From an uncultured Actinomycetota bacterium (GTDB taxonomy: Bacteria > Actinomycetota > Actinomycetes > Actinomycetales > Dermatophilaceae), in the NCBI GenBank assembly GCA_963707895.1, contig CAVPRS010000002.1:432202-496201 (forward strand): DNA of 64,000 nucleotides. The letters are read 5' to 3'. Below the pieces are notes generated by a model. The model saw only the letters and a program-made list of their open reading frames with translations, did not search any database and was not told the origin of the DNA. This document shows, in pieces, positions 10,617 through 20,926 of this stretch. The translations under genes were made by a program, and so were the position numbers. Numbering within the stretch: position 1 is the stretch's first letter; each line of letters begins with the position of its first letter.

Positions 10617-12245
10617 TCAGCCCATGTGGGGGTAGCCGTGGCTGGTCGGCGGCACGAAGTTCTCCTTGATCGAGCGCACCGAGGTCCACCGCATCAGGTT
10701 GGCGGCCGAGCCGGCCTTGTCGTTGGTGCCCGAGGCGCGCCCGCCACCGAACGGCTGCTGGCCCACGACGGCACCGGTCGGCTTGTCGTTGACGTAGAAG
10801 TTGCCCGCGGCGAACCGCAGCCGCTGCGTCGCGTCGGCGATGACGGCGCGGTCCTGGGCGATGATCGCGCCGGTGAGCGCGTACGGAGCGAACGACTCCA
10901 GCTGGTCGAGCACCTTCGAGTACTGCCGGTCGGGGTAGACGTGGACCGCGAGGATCGGGCCGAAGTACTCGGTGCTGAACATCTCGTCGGTCGGGTCGCT
11001 GCTCTCGACGACGGTCGGGCGGACGAAGTAGCCGACCGAGTCGTCGTAGGTGCCGCCGGCCACGACGTCGAGGTGGCTGGTCGCGTGCGCCCGGTCGATG
11101 GCGGCCTTGTGCTTCGCGAACGCACGCTCGTCGATGACGGCGCCCATGAAGTTGGACAGGTCGGTGACGTCGCCCATCGCCAGCCCGTTGGTGAGGTCGG
11201 CCAGGTCGTTCTTGATGGCGCGCCACACCGACCGCGGCACGTAGGCACGCGAGGCGGCGGAGCACTTCTGGCCCTGGTACTCGAACGCCCCACGCAGCAT
11301 CGCGGTGCGCAGCACGTCGGGGTCGGCGCTCGGGTGGGCGAGGATGAAGTCCTTGCCTCCGGTCTCGCCGACGATCCGCGGGTAGTGCCGGTAGGACGTG
11401 AGGTTCTCGCCGATCGTGCGCCACAGACCCTGGAACACCGCGGTCGAGCCGGTGAAGTGCAGCCCGGCGAACTCCGGGTGGCTGAGCGCCACGTCGGAGA
11501 CCTCGCGCCCGTGCCCGGTGACCAGGTTGATGACGCCGGGCGGCATCCCGGCCTCCTCGAGCAGCTCCATGGTCAGCTGCGCGGCGAGCTGCTGCGAGTG
11601 CGACGGCTTCCACACCACGGTGTTGCCCATGAGCGCGGGCGCGGTCGGCAGGTTGCCGGCGATCGCGGTGAAGTTGAACGGCGTCACGGCGTAGACGAAG
11701 CCCTCGAGCGAGCGGTAGTCGCTGCGGTTCCACAGGCCGCGGGAGTTGGCCGGCGGCTGCTCCTCCATGATCTGGCGGGCGAAGTGCACGTTGAAGCGCC
11801 AGAAGTCGATGAGCTCGCACGCGGCGTCGATCTCGGCCTGGTAGGCCGTCTTGCTCTGGCCCAGCATCGTCGCGGCGTTGATCCGCGCCCGCCAGGGGCC
11901 GGCCAGCAGGTCGGCGGCCTTGAGCAGGATCGCCGCGCGGTCGTCGAAGGAGAGGTCGCGCCAGGCGGGGGCGGCGGCCATGGCGGCGTCGACGGCTGCA
12001 CCGGCATCCGCCTTGGTGGCACCGCGCGTCACGCCGAGCACCTTGCGGTGGGCGTGCGGTTGCCGGACCTCGATCCGCGCCCCCTTGCCCATGACTCGGG
12101 TCCCGCCGATGGTGTGCGGCAGCTCGTGACGCGTCGCGGCGAGCTCGACGAGGGCCACCTCGATCGAGGCCCGCTCGGGGCTCCCGGGGGCGTAGTCGAG
12201 GACGGTCTCGTTGGTGGGAGTGGGGACGTGGGTCACAGCGTCCAT
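10617..12245 (-). CDS. pruA: L-glutamate gamma-semialdehyde (P5C) dehydrogenase
   Basis: MDAVTHVPTPTNE, PFNFTAIAGNL, GETGGKDF, FEYQGQKCSA and QQPFGGGRASGTNDKAG motifs. Confidence 0.95.
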   Translation of the reverse strand: MDAVTHVPTPTNETVLDYAPGSPERASIEVALVELAATRHELPHTIGGTRVMGKGARIEVRQPHAHRKVLGVTRGATKADAGAAVDAAMAAAPAWRDLSFDDRAAILLKAADLLAGPWRARINAATMLGQSKTAYQAEIDAACELIDFWRFNVHFARQIMEEQPPANSRGLWNRSDYRSLEGFVYAVTPFNFTAIAGNLPTAPALMGNTVVWKPSHSQQLAAQLTMELLEEAGMPPGVINLVTGHGREVSDVALSHPEFAGLHFTGSTAVFQGLWRTIGENLTSYRHYPRIVGETGGKDFILAHPSADPDVLRTAMLRGAFEYQGQKCSAASRAYVPRSVWRAIKNDLADLTNGLAMGDVTDLSNFMGAVIDERAFAKHKAAIDRAHATSHLDVVAGGTYDDSVGYFVRPTVVESSDPTDEMFSTEYFGPILAVHVYPDRQYSKVLDQLESFAPYALTGAIIAQDRAVIADATQRLRFAAGNFYVNDKPTGAVVGQQPFGGGRASGTNDKAGSAANLMRWTSVRSIKENFVPPTSHGYPHMG

Positions 12246-12350
12246 GCGGTGGGCTCCTCGTTTCGGGTCGCGACGTCGGATCAACCCCCACTCTCGCGCC
12301 CCGGCTTCACGGGATGCAAGCCGGCCGCGGGTCGCCCCTGGTGTGGGGGG

Positions 12351-12782
12351 TCAGGGCCGGTCGACCAGGCTGCGCACGTCGGCGAGCTCGGTGACGTCGT
12401 ACCAGAGCAGGTCGGTGGGCTCGGTCATCCCGGGCTCCTCGTCGACGTGGAACGACACGATGCGGCGCCGCTCGACGGGGGCGGACACCTCGACCCGCGA
12501 GGGGACGTCGGGCGCGGTCGGGTGCACCACGACCGCGGCGTCGACGTCGGCCGCCGCGACGACCCGGCGGCGCGGCGGGGTGCCCGCGATGCCGATGGCC
12601 TCGTGCGCGGCCGCCGCCCAGGCGGTGTGCTCGAGCTCCTCCTCGTCGGTCACCAGGCCGGGCTTCCCGAGGGCCGGGGTCACCGCGTGGGCGGGCCGGG
12701 GGGCCGGCCCGATCGCCCGGCCCTCGGCCAGCGCGGTGAGGTCGGCAGCGGTGAGCGGGAGGTAGACCCGGGTCAGCGGCAC
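12351..12782 (-). CDS. DUF6912-family protein
   Basis: RVYLPLT...AHAVTPAL...DEEELE...RRVVAAADV...LLWYDVTEL. Confidence 0.75.
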   Translation of the reverse strand: MPLTRVYLPLTAADLTALAEGRAIGPAPRPAHAVTPALGKPGLVTDEEELEHTAWAAAAHEAIGIAGTPPRRRVVAAADVDAAVVVHPTAPDVPSRVEVSAPVERRRIVSFHVDEEPGMTEPTDLLWYDVTELADVRSLVDRP

Positions 12783-12802
12783 AGCGGCTCCGTTCAGTGT
12801 CG

Positions 12803-14233
12803 TCAGCGGGCCCCGACGCGCGGGGCCTCGAGCAGCTCGTGGAGGGCGTCGACGACACCGCGGCCGAGCACGTCGGCGTCGGGCATGGCGTCGCGGTCGG
12901 CGTAGAGCCCGTAGTAGACCCCGCCGTCGTAGGAGGTCAGCCCGATCGACAGGGCCTGCTCGCGGCCCAGCGGGGTGACCGGGTAGGTCGAGACCATCCG
13001 CGCGCCGGCGGCGTACAGCGGCGTCTGCGGGCCGGGAACGTTGGTGATGACGACGTTGTAGAGGCGACGCGAGACCATGCCGCCGAGCCGGGCGCCCAGG
13101 GCGTGCATGGTGGGAGGCGCGAACCCACCCAGGCCGGAGAGCGTGTCGGCCGACACCGCCCGCCGCGAGCCGCCCTCCATCTGCTGGCGCATCGAGAAGG
13201 CGATCTGGTGCAGGCGCATCGACGGCCCGGGCTCCCCCACGGGCAGGTCGACGAAGCAGGCCGTGACCTGGGCACCGGTGGGGGCGTCGTCGCCGGCGTG
13301 CACCGAGACCGGCACCATGGCCCGGATCGTGGTCCCCGGGTAGACCGACTCGCCGCGCGTGAGCAGCCACGACCGGAAGGCGCCGGCGATCGTCGCGAGG
13401 ATGACGTCGTTGACCGTCACCTCCTCGGCGAACGAGCCGGTGCCCAGCCGCGAGCGCACCTTGCGGTAGTCCTCGAGGTCGGTGCCGATCATGACGTAGC
13501 GACGGGCTCGGCCCACCGTGGCGTTGAGCGGTGACTCGGGGGCGGGTCGGGCCGAGACGCGGGCGAGGGTCGAGATGACGTCGCCGGCCACGGAGGCCAC
13601 CTTGCCGACGGCGCGCGTGACGTCGGAGACGCCGTGCTGCACCGTCTCGACGACCTGGCTCGGCGTGCGCGCGGCCTCGCTCAGCGCCGAGACGACGAGC
13701 TCCAGGCCGCTGGGCTCGGGTCGGGCCCGCCACGTGGTGAGCACGCCCTCGCTCGCCGTGGGGTTGCCGTCGACGAGGACGTTTCCGATGTCGACCGCGC
13801 TGATGCCGTCGACCAGGCTGTGGTGCGTCTTGGTGATGATCGCGAAGCGGTCCTCGGCCAGGCCCTCGACGAGGTAGACCTCCCACATCGGGCGGCTGCG
13901 GTCGAGCGGGCGGGGCTGGATGCGGGCGACGAGCTCCTCGAGCTGCTCGTCGGAGCCCGGTCGCGGGAGGGCACTGCGGCGCACGTGGTAGCTCATGTCG
14001 AAGTTCGTGTCGTCGACCCACACCGGGTTGGCCAGGGCGCCGGGCACCGTCTTGATCCGCTGCCGGTAGCGCGGCACGTGCGCGATGCGCTGGCTGATCA
14101 GGGTGACCAGGCTCTCGTAGTCGAACCCGCCGATCGGAGCGTCGAAGACCATCACCGAGCCCACGTGCATCGGCGTCGCCGCGTCCTCGAGGTGCAAGAA
14201 CGAGGTGTCGAGGGAGCTGAGCCGGTCTGCCAC
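12803..14233 (-). CDS. Wax ester synthase/diacylglycerol acyltransferase (WS/DGAT)
   Basis: RLSSLDTSFL, PMHVG, catalytic HHSLVDG and TNVPGP motifs. Confidence 0.93.
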   Translation of the reverse strand: MADRLSSLDTSFLHLEDAATPMHVGSVMVFDAPIGGFDYESLVTLISQRIAHVPRYRQRIKTVPGALANPVWVDDTNFDMSYHVRRSALPRPGSDEQLEELVARIQPRPLDRSRPMWEVYLVEGLAEDRFAIITKTHHSLVDGISAVDIGNVLVDGNPTASEGVLTTWRARPEPSGLELVVSALSEAARTPSQVVETVQHGVSDVTRAVGKVASVAGDVISTLARVSARPAPESPLNATVGRARRYVMIGTDLEDYRKVRSRLGTGSFAEEVTVNDVILATIAGAFRSWLLTRGESVYPGTTIRAMVPVSVHAGDDAPTGAQVTACFVDLPVGEPGPSMRLHQIAFSMRQQMEGGSRRAVSADTLSGLGGFAPPTMHALGARLGGMVSRRLYNVVITNVPGPQTPLYAAGARMVSTYPVTPLGREQALSIGLTSYDGGVYYGLYADRDAMPDADVLGRGVVDALHELLEAPRVGAR

Positions 14234-14245
14234 GGCCCCATCGTG

Positions 14246-15634
14246 TCAGACCGTGGGTCGGGTCAGAGGCACGGTGTGACCGGGCCGTCGCCTCGCCTCG
14301 CCGCGCTCCCGACGACCCGCGCGGGATGCCGTGCGCCGGCGCGCGCTTCCGGCCGCGGCCGCGCGGGGGTCGAGGACCGCGGCGAGCTCACCCACGGCCA
14401 CGGTGAGCTCGGCGCGTGGGGCGACCTCGACGAGCGAGCGGCCGGCGAGCAGGGCGGCGTCGCACTCGTCGGGGGCCCACGGGAGGAAGCGCACGGCATC
14501 CATGCCGGCGAAGCGCCCGAGGACGTCGGCGATGGCGCGTTCGGGTCGTCGCCCGGCGACCGATGCGCGCACCTTGGTGACCACGACGGTGGGCGCGGGC
14601 GACGGAAGCACGGCGACGTCCTGAACCGCCCGGACCAGCCGCTGGAGCCCGACCGGGTCGGCCGCGCCGACGGCGACGAGCTGGTCGGCCGCCTCGAGGG
14701 CCGTGAGGGTGGCGGCGTTGCGGCGAGGCGCGGCGGTGTCGTAGCTGAGCTCCTCGTCGTCCTCGACCGCGAAGCCGACGTCGACCACGACGTGCTCGAC
14801 GACGCCACGGGCCAGGCGCAGCACGTCGTCGACCGCCGCGGCCCGCAGCTCGGGCCAGCGGTCGGCCCTGGGCAGGCCGGTGAGCACCCGCAGCCCGGGC
14901 ACGACCTCGGGGGCGAGCCGGGCCAGACCGGGCACGTCGAGCGTGCCCTGCTCGGAGGCTCGGGCCGCCGCCGCGACACCGGGAGCCTCGTCGACCAGGC
15001 CCAGCACCTGGGCCACGCTGGCTCCCCAGGTGTCGAGGTCGACGAGCAGGGTGCGCACGCCGGCCGCTGCGAGCTGGGCGGCGAGGGTGACGGCGACCGT
15101 CGTACGGCCCGGGGCGCCGGTGGGTCCCCACACCACGGTGACGGGGGTCTTCGGCGGTGGGCCGACGCCGTCCGCGTCGGGGGTTGGGGTGCTGGTGAGG
15201 TCGCCCGCCGGACCGGGCGCGTCGGCATCCCACGGCGCTCGGCCCCAGGGGGACGGGTGGCCGGCGGGCGCGCCGGACGTGGTGGCCGCGGCGAGGGCCA
15301 CCAGCGCGCTCGACACGTGCGGCGCCGGGTCGGACGGACGCAGGATCGTGGCGACACCCAGCTGGCGCAGCCGTCGCTCGCCCTCGTCGTCGTCGGGGGC
15401 GACCAGGCCCGCGACCCGCAGGCCGTGCCCGGCGAGGTGGCGCAGGGCATCGCGGTCGAGACCCCGCAGGTCGGGCGACACGACGGCCACCCGCGCGACT
15501 CCTGCCGCGCCGGCCGACAGCAGCTCGGCGACGTCGGCGCAGCGCCGCACCAGGGTGAGGTCGGGTGCCGCCTCGAGCACCTGGACGAACTCGGCCTCGA
15601 GGCGGTGGGTGACCGCGGTGAGGACGCTCGTCAC
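14246..15634 (-). CDS. MinD/CpaE-like P-loop ATPase with N-terminal receiver-like domain
   Basis: Walker-A-like GPTGAPGRTT, LLVDLD and VVVDVGF motifs. Confidence 0.8.
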   Translation of the reverse strand: MTSVLTAVTHRLEAEFVQVLEAAPDLTLVRRCADVAELLSAGAAGVARVAVVSPDLRGLDRDALRHLAGHGLRVAGLVAPDDDEGERRLRQLGVATILRPSDPAPHVSSALVALAAATTSGAPAGHPSPWGRAPWDADAPGPAGDLTSTPTPDADGVGPPPKTPVTVVWGPTGAPGRTTVAVTLAAQLAAAGVRTLLVDLDTWGASVAQVLGLVDEAPGVAAAARASEQGTLDVPGLARLAPEVVPGLRVLTGLPRADRWPELRAAAVDDVLRLARGVVEHVVVDVGFAVEDDEELSYDTAAPRRNAATLTALEAADQLVAVGAADPVGLQRLVRAVQDVAVLPSPAPTVVVTKVRASVAGRRPERAIADVLGRFAGMDAVRFLPWAPDECDAALLAGRSLVEVAPRAELTVAVGELAAVLDPRAAAAGSARRRTASRAGRRERGEARRRPGHTVPLTRPTV

Positions 15635-16302
15635 GGCGCGGCCGCCGACGCACCGCCGGGCACCGGCACCAGGGTGATGCGGGAGCCGAGGTCGACGTCG
15701 GCGACGACGTCACGCACGGCCTGCCGCGGCACCATGACGTGCACGGCCCTGGTCTCGGCGGAGGTGCCGAGCACGCCGTCCTCTCCCGCGACGCGCGCCA
15801 CCGACACCGACTCGAGCACTCGCTCGGGCCCGGCGTAGGTGGGCAGCCCGACCGTGCTGGCCTCCTTCGGCCGGTTCACGTAGACGTCGACGACCGACCC
15901 CGCCGTGAGCGCCGAGGCCGACGTGGCGTCGACGAGCAGGGCCACCTGCTGCACGTCGACGGCGGCGCCCGAGCCGACCCCCGAGGCCGGGATGAGCTCG
16001 CCCGGGCGCAGCGCCCGCAGCGACCAGGTGTCGGCCGTGAGCGGCCGGTCCGCGGGCAGGTAGCCGGCCGCTCCGTCGCCGAGCAGGACGTCGACCCGGA
16101 CGACGTCGGCGTCGGTGAGACGCTGACCGGGCACGACGTCACCCCTGGCCGCGTAGACCGGCACCCGGTCGTCGGCGCGCGCGACGACGACCGAGCCGAG
16201 CACGGTGGACACGAGTACGAGGAGAACGCCGACGAGCAGCCGGGAGTCGCGCCACGACGGGGAGCGCAGCCGTGACGCGGTCGGGGTGGGCAGGTCACTC
16301 AT
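15631..16302 (-). CDS. SAF-domain (CpaB/FlgA-like) membrane-anchored protein
   Basis: RLRSPSWRDSRLLVGVLLV TM segment; VYAARGDVVPGQRL...LRPGELIP SAF-like pattern; GSVVDVY. Confidence 0.7.
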   Translation of the reverse strand: MSDLPTPTASRLRSPSWRDSRLLVGVLLVLVSTVLGSVVVARADDRVPVYAARGDVVPGQRLTDADVVRVDVLLGDGAAGYLPADRPLTADTWSLRALRPGELIPASGVGSGAAVDVQQVALLVDATSASALTAGSVVDVYVNRPKEASTVGLPTYAGPERVLESVSVARVAGEDGVLGTSAETRAVHVMVPRQAVRDVVADVDLGSRITLVPVPGGASAAAP

Positions 16303-16404
16303 GGCGCTCGATCGTCGTCGACGATCGCCGACTTCGCCACCGGAGCGGCTCTGCCTGTGGACAACCCCCGCGAAGGGGTCTCCTGTGGATGGCACACTGA
16401 CGAC

Positions 16405-16650
16405 GTGGCCCGCCGCTTCATCCCCCTGACCGAGGTGTCCGAGATCCTCGACGTCTCAGCGGCCCAGGCCTACGCACTCGTGCGCAGCGGCGACCTGCCG
16501 GCGATCAAGGTGGGTGGGCGTGGCCAGTGGCGCGTCGAGACCGTCGAGCTCGAGGCCTACATCCAGCGCATGTACGCCGAGACGCGCGACCTCGTCACGA
16601 CCCGGTCCGAGGGTCAGGCCGACGACGAGGGTTCCGCCCCGAACGCCTGA
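16405..16650 (+). CDS. Small HTH_17 (excisionase/BldC-like) DNA-binding protein
   Basis: FIPLTEVSEILDVS...LVRSGDLPAIKVGGRGQWRV. Confidence 0.85.
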   Translation: MARRFIPLTEVSEILDVSAAQAYALVRSGDLPAIKVGGRGQWRVETVELEAYIQRMYAETRDLVTTRSEGQADDEGSAPNA

Positions 16651-16683
16651 CGGCAACCGTGCGCACGCCCCGGGCGCACGCTG

Positions 16684-17232
16684 TCAGCGCCGCGACTCGA
16701 CGGCCACGAGCGCGACGAACGGCACGGTGGCCACGGCCCTGACGTTCTCACGGCGGCGCGGCACCCCTTCGTCGTGCTCGGCGAGGTCGAGGTGGTCGGC
16801 GCCCACCGCGTCGATCGTCCCGAGCAGGGGTGGCCCGCCTCCGACGAGCGACACGGCCACGGTGGCGCGGTCCCGCGACAGGGCCCGCAGGGCGTAGCCG
16901 AGGCCGAACCGGCGGGCCGTGCGCGACGAGGTCGACTGCGGCCCCAACGCCCGCAGGGTGAGCACTGCACTGGTTGCCACCAGCAGCTCGCGCCCGTCGG
17001 CGGTGCGGGTGAGCAGCCAGTCGTCGCCGAGGTCGTGCAGGTGACCGTCGACCTGCCGCCCGCCGACCAGGCCGAGCCGCACGGGCGCACCGACGGTGGC
17101 CCCGAGCCGGCCGGGCAGGGTCACGAGGGCGCGTTCACGGCGCGTGCGCTCGGCCACCTCGTCGTCGCGCTCGCGCCGCTCCTCGGCGGCCAGCTGCCCC
17201 TCGAGGTCAGCGAAGAGCCCCTCCCACCTCAT
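16684..17232 (-). CDS. Conserved actinobacterial hypothetical protein
   Basis: MRWEGLFADLEGQL...GTIDAVGADHLDLA; commonly found next to LysM/Rv3235-like genes. Confidence 0.7.
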   Translation of the reverse strand: MRWEGLFADLEGQLAAEERRERDDEVAERTRRERALVTLPGRLGATVGAPVRLGLVGGRQVDGHLHDLGDDWLLTRTADGRELLVATSAVLTLRALGPQSTSSRTARRFGLGYALRALSRDRATVAVSLVGGGPPLLGTIDAVGADHLDLAEHDEGVPRRRENVRAVATVPFVALVAVESRR

Positions 17233-17291
17233 GTCCACAGCCTAGGTCGCCCGGGTTGTGGGTGTCGGTGGGAGCGTTTACGGTCTTTTGC

Positions 17292-18116
17292 ATGCAAACA
17301 TCATCAAACGGCATCAAACATCTTTCAACCGCGCTCAGAGGGGCTCTGGCGTTGGCGGCCGCAGCGCTGCTGGCGGCGTGGCTCTGGTCCGTCCTGGCCG
17401 CTGCCGGCCACGCGTCCGCGGGCGGTGTGCCGCTGCGACCCGACGAGGCCCTGGCCGCAGTGGTGGCCACAGCCGCCCTGGCGGGCACGACCTGGCTGGC
17501 GCTCGGCATCCTGCTCGAGCTCGGGTCGCTCGTGCCGGGGGTCGTGGGCCGGGCCGCCGCTCGGGTCGCCGACGTCGTCACGCCCGGCTTGGTACGGCGG
17601 GCGGCCGGGGCCCTGCTCGGCGTCGGCCTCGTGGCCGGCCTCGCTCCCGGTGCGGCCGTCGCGGCTCCGGCCACCACGGTGGCCGCCGGCTCCGCGCTGC
17701 CCGACCCCGGGTTCGCCCCGGCGCCCGCCGCCACCGCCCCGCTGCCCGATCCGGGCTGGATGCCGGCGCAGGGCGCCACCCAGGAGGCCGGTCCGGACCT
17801 ACCCCACGCGAACGCGGCGCTCGGCGCAGGCTGGGTGCCGAGCCCGCCGGTCGTGCGGGCGCAACCCGACCTGCGCGTGCTCAGCCCCGCCCCGCGTCCC
17901 GGCCTCGACCACGAACGGCCCGCCCAGGTGGTCGTGCACCGGGGCGACTCCTTGTGGGCCATCGCGGCCCGGCACCTCGGACGCGATGCGTCCGACGCGG
18001 AGATCGCACGAGCCTGGCCGGCGTGGTACGAGGCCAACCGGCAGGTGATCGGCGACGACCCCGACGTGCTGCGTCCGGGTCAGGTGCTGCGTCCGCCCGA
18101 GGAGGCACGGTCGTGA
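17292..18116 (+). CDS. Membrane-anchored LysM peptidoglycan-binding protein
   Basis: C-terminal VVHRGDSLWAIAARHL...WYEANRQVIGDDPDVLRPGQVL; N-terminal TM segments; start uncertain. Confidence 0.85.
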   Translation: MQTSSNGIKHLSTALRGALALAAAALLAAWLWSVLAAAGHASAGGVPLRPDEALAAVVATAALAGTTWLALGILLELGSLVPGVVGRAAARVADVVTPGLVRRAAGALLGVGLVAGLAPGAAVAAPATTVAAGSALPDPGFAPAPAATAPLPDPGWMPAQGATQEAGPDLPHANAALGAGWVPSPPVVRAQPDLRVLSPAPRPGLDHERPAQVVVHRGDSLWAIAARHLGRDASDAEIARAWPAWYEANRQVIGDDPDVLRPGQVLRPPEEARS

Positions 18117-18655
18117 GTGTCAGCGCCCTGCACGTCGCTCCGCCGGTGCGCCCGCTGCCGCCGCCGATCTCGCTCGACGAGGCCCTGCGCCGCTCCCGCC
18201 TCGCGATCGAGGCGCGCGAGGGTCGCAACGGCTACGTGCAGGGCACCTTGGCCGTCGACTTCGCCGCGGCCTCCGACGAGCAGTTCTTCGGCCCACAGCG
18301 CACCCTGCGCGCGGAGCTGCCCGACCCCACCGCCTGGGCCGCGCGCATCACCCTGGCGATCCTCGAGGTCATGACCGGTGTCCGTCCGGCGCCCCAGGTG
18401 CTGCGCTGGACCAGCCCGGAGGTCTACGCGGTGGTCGCCCGGCGCAGCGCGCTGGTGGCCCGGCGCGTCGCCGAGGGCCACGCTCCGCGCGCCCGCCCCC
18501 GCCTGCGGGTGCTGCGGGTTCGGGTGTGCGAGCCGTCCGACGGCGTCGCCGAGGCTGCGGTCGTCGTCAGCGACGGGCCGAGGGTTCGTGCGGTTGCCGT
18601 GCGGCTGGTCGGCCAGGACGGCAAGTGGCGGGTCAGCGCTCTGCAGGTGGGATGA
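18113..18655 (+). CDS. Rv3235-family protein
   Basis: LEVMTGVRPAPQVLRW...DGVAEAAVVV...RVRAVAVRL...WRVSALQVG; GTGA overlap with the LysM gene. Confidence 0.8.
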   Translation: MSVSALHVAPPVRPLPPPISLDEALRRSRLAIEAREGRNGYVQGTLAVDFAAASDEQFFGPQRTLRAELPDPTAWAARITLAILEVMTGVRPAPQVLRWTSPEVYAVVARRSALVARRVAEGHAPRARPRLRVLRVRVCEPSDGVAEAAVVVSDGPRVRAVAVRLVGQDGKWRVSALQVG

Positions 18656-20288
18656 CCGTGAGCTCGGCCTCGGGTTCGGCTTCCGGATCGGGGCTGCCCG
18701 GCTGACGGGTGGGCAGGCCACCGGTCGCGAAGAACGCGATGGCGGCCAGCAGCGCGAGCACGGTCAGGGCGCTGCGCAGACCGTCCAGTCGAGCCTGGGT
18801 GTTCTCCTCCACGATGGCCGTCGCCACCGCCTCGTCGACGCCGGCCTCGGCCAGTCCGGTCTCGAGCTGGGCGTCCGAGACGAAGGGGATCCCGCTGGCC
18901 AGCTCGACCTGCGCCTGCGAGCTCACTGACGCCGGCACCGCCTCGTTCGCTGCGATGCCGTTGAAGAACGACGAGCTCAGCGCCGAGATCAACACCGCTC
19001 CGGCGAGGGCCGTCCCGATCGACGCCCCGAGGTTCGTGAAGGTGTTCTGGATGCCGCCCACCTCACCGCTCTGCTCGTCCGGCACCGCCGAGACGGTCAC
19101 GGCACCCAGCTGCGACGAGAGGGCTCCGATCCCCAGGCCGGCCAGGAGCAGCGGGCCGGTGACGACCTCCGGGCCCGTGCCCAGGTCGAGGGCCCCCAGC
19201 AACGAGAGGATCCCGGCCAGCAGGGCGAGGAAGCCGATCCGCACGACGCGCCTCGGGGAGGCGTTCGGGAAGACCCGGGGCACACCGATCGCCGCGAGCA
19301 GCAGGGTCACCGAGAGCGGCATGATCCGCAGCCCGGTGTCGATCGCACTGAGCCCGAGGGCCACCGAGAGGTAGAGCGGCACGCAGAAGAACAGCCCGGC
19401 CTGGATCAGGAACTGGAAGAAGAAGGCCGACAACCCCTTCTGCAACCCCGGGATGCGAAGCATGGCCGGGTCGATCAGGGCCGAGCGCCCCAGCAGCAAC
19501 CGTCGCCTCTCCCACACGAGGAAGGCCCAGATGACGACGATCCCCGCCGCCACCAGCCACACCACGGGTGACAGCCCCGCCCAGACCGGCGCGTTGGGCT
19601 TGGGGTTGACGAACCCCCATGCCCCGGCCCGCAGGATGCCGAACACCACGAGCCCCAGTCCCAGCGCCGACAACCCCGTGCCGACCAGGTCCAGCGCCGC
19701 GTCCGGATCTGGCTCGGCATCGGCCATCCGGCGCGCGAGCACGAGGATCACGGCGACGATGACGACCTCGCCCGCGAACACCCAGCGCCACGAGGCGTAG
19801 GTGGTCAGGACGCCACCGATGAGCGGACCGGCGGCCACCGCGATGGCACCCGAGGCAGCAACCAGGCCGTAGGCCCGCGGACGTTCCGTCGCACCGAAGT
19901 TGGTCGCGACGAGCGCCACGATCGCCGGCATGATCAGGGCCGCACCCATGCCCTCGAGCAGCGACCAGCCCAGGATCAGCACCGGCAGGCTGGGTGCCAG
20001 CGCCGTCGTCAGCGACCCGGCGCCGTAGATGACGCAGCCGATCGCGAAGGCCCGCTTGCGGCCGAGGATGCCGCCGATCTTCCCGCCGGTGATCATCAGC
20101 GACGCCATCACCAGGGTGTAGAGCGTGATCGCGGTCTGGATGCCGGTCACGTCCGTGCCGACGTCCTCCGCCACCGTCGCGATCGAGACGTTCATGACCG
20201 AGCTGTCGAGCGTCATCAGGAACTGCGCCGCAGCCAGGGTGGTGAGGACGGTGGCCCCCGCGGTGCGGGTGGCGGTGTCGGTGCTCAT
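18633..20288 (-). CDS. MFS transporter (DHA2-like, 14 TM)
   Basis: QFLMTLDSSVMNVSI, GGKIGGILGRKR and GPLIGG...SWRWVF motifs. Confidence 0.9.
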   Translation of the reverse strand: MSTDTATRTAGATVLTTLAAAQFLMTLDSSVMNVSIATVAEDVGTDVTGIQTAITLYTLVMASLMITGGKIGGILGRKRAFAIGCVIYGAGSLTTALAPSLPVLILGWSLLEGMGAALIMPAIVALVATNFGATERPRAYGLVAASGAIAVAAGPLIGGVLTTYASWRWVFAGEVVIVAVILVLARRMADAEPDPDAALDLVGTGLSALGLGLVVFGILRAGAWGFVNPKPNAPVWAGLSPVVWLVAAGIVVIWAFLVWERRRLLLGRSALIDPAMLRIPGLQKGLSAFFFQFLIQAGLFFCVPLYLSVALGLSAIDTGLRIMPLSVTLLLAAIGVPRVFPNASPRRVVRIGFLALLAGILSLLGALDLGTGPEVVTGPLLLAGLGIGALSSQLGAVTVSAVPDEQSGEVGGIQNTFTNLGASIGTALAGAVLISALSSSFFNGIAANEAVPASVSSQAQVELASGIPFVSDAQLETGLAEAGVDEAVATAIVEENTQARLDGLRSALTVLALLAAIAFFATGGLPTRQPGSPDPEAEPEAELTVIPPAER

Positions 20289-20298
20289 GCAGGGGGCC

Positions 20299-20926
20299 TC
20301 AGGAGGTCGAGTGGTCTGACGGGTCCGCCTTGCGGAAGCGGCGGGGCACGGACGTCGAGTCTGGACCGACCGCCTTCTCCCCCGGCTCACCCGGCACGGG
20401 TGGCCCGTCCACATCCTCGGGGTCGACGAGGGTGGTGTCCTGGCTCGCGGTCGGGCGCGGCATCCAGTCGTAGACGACCCGGGTCCAGAGCACGAGGTCC
20501 TGCACCGAGCGCCGCTCCGGGCTGATGACGCACCAGAACAAGCCGATCGGGAAGACCACGCAGAAGCGCCGCGCGCAGCAGGGAGCGCAGCGGGCCGAGA
20601 CGGCGGCCCCGCCGGCCCACCACGCGCAGCCCCATGACCTGGTCGCCGTAGCTGCGCCCGAACAACCACCAGGACACGAAGAGGTAGAGGACGGCGAGGA
20701 CCAGCGCGGTGGTGAGGCTCGCCAGCAGGTGCCCGCTCGGCCACACGAAGGTCCGCGGGTCGAGGAGGAAGGTGAAGACCACGAGTCCGAGGTAGATCGA
20801 CCCGACCATGACTGCGACGATGGCGGCGTCGATCGTGTTGGCGACGACCCGGGTGACGACCCCGGCGGCGTGCCCCTGGTACGGACGCGCCTCACGGGGG
20901 ATCGCGGAGATCTCCCGCCCCGTCAC
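20299..20926 (-). CDS. RDD-family membrane protein, frameshift near 20570
   Basis: AGVVTRVVANTID, GRSYGDQVMGLRVV and RRSVQDLVLWTRVVY motifs. Confidence 0.8.

Noticed and set aside
16405-16650. Excisionase-like gene as a sign of a prophage or ICE
   Set aside because: No integrase, att sites or phage genes; the neighbourhood is conserved chromosomal.
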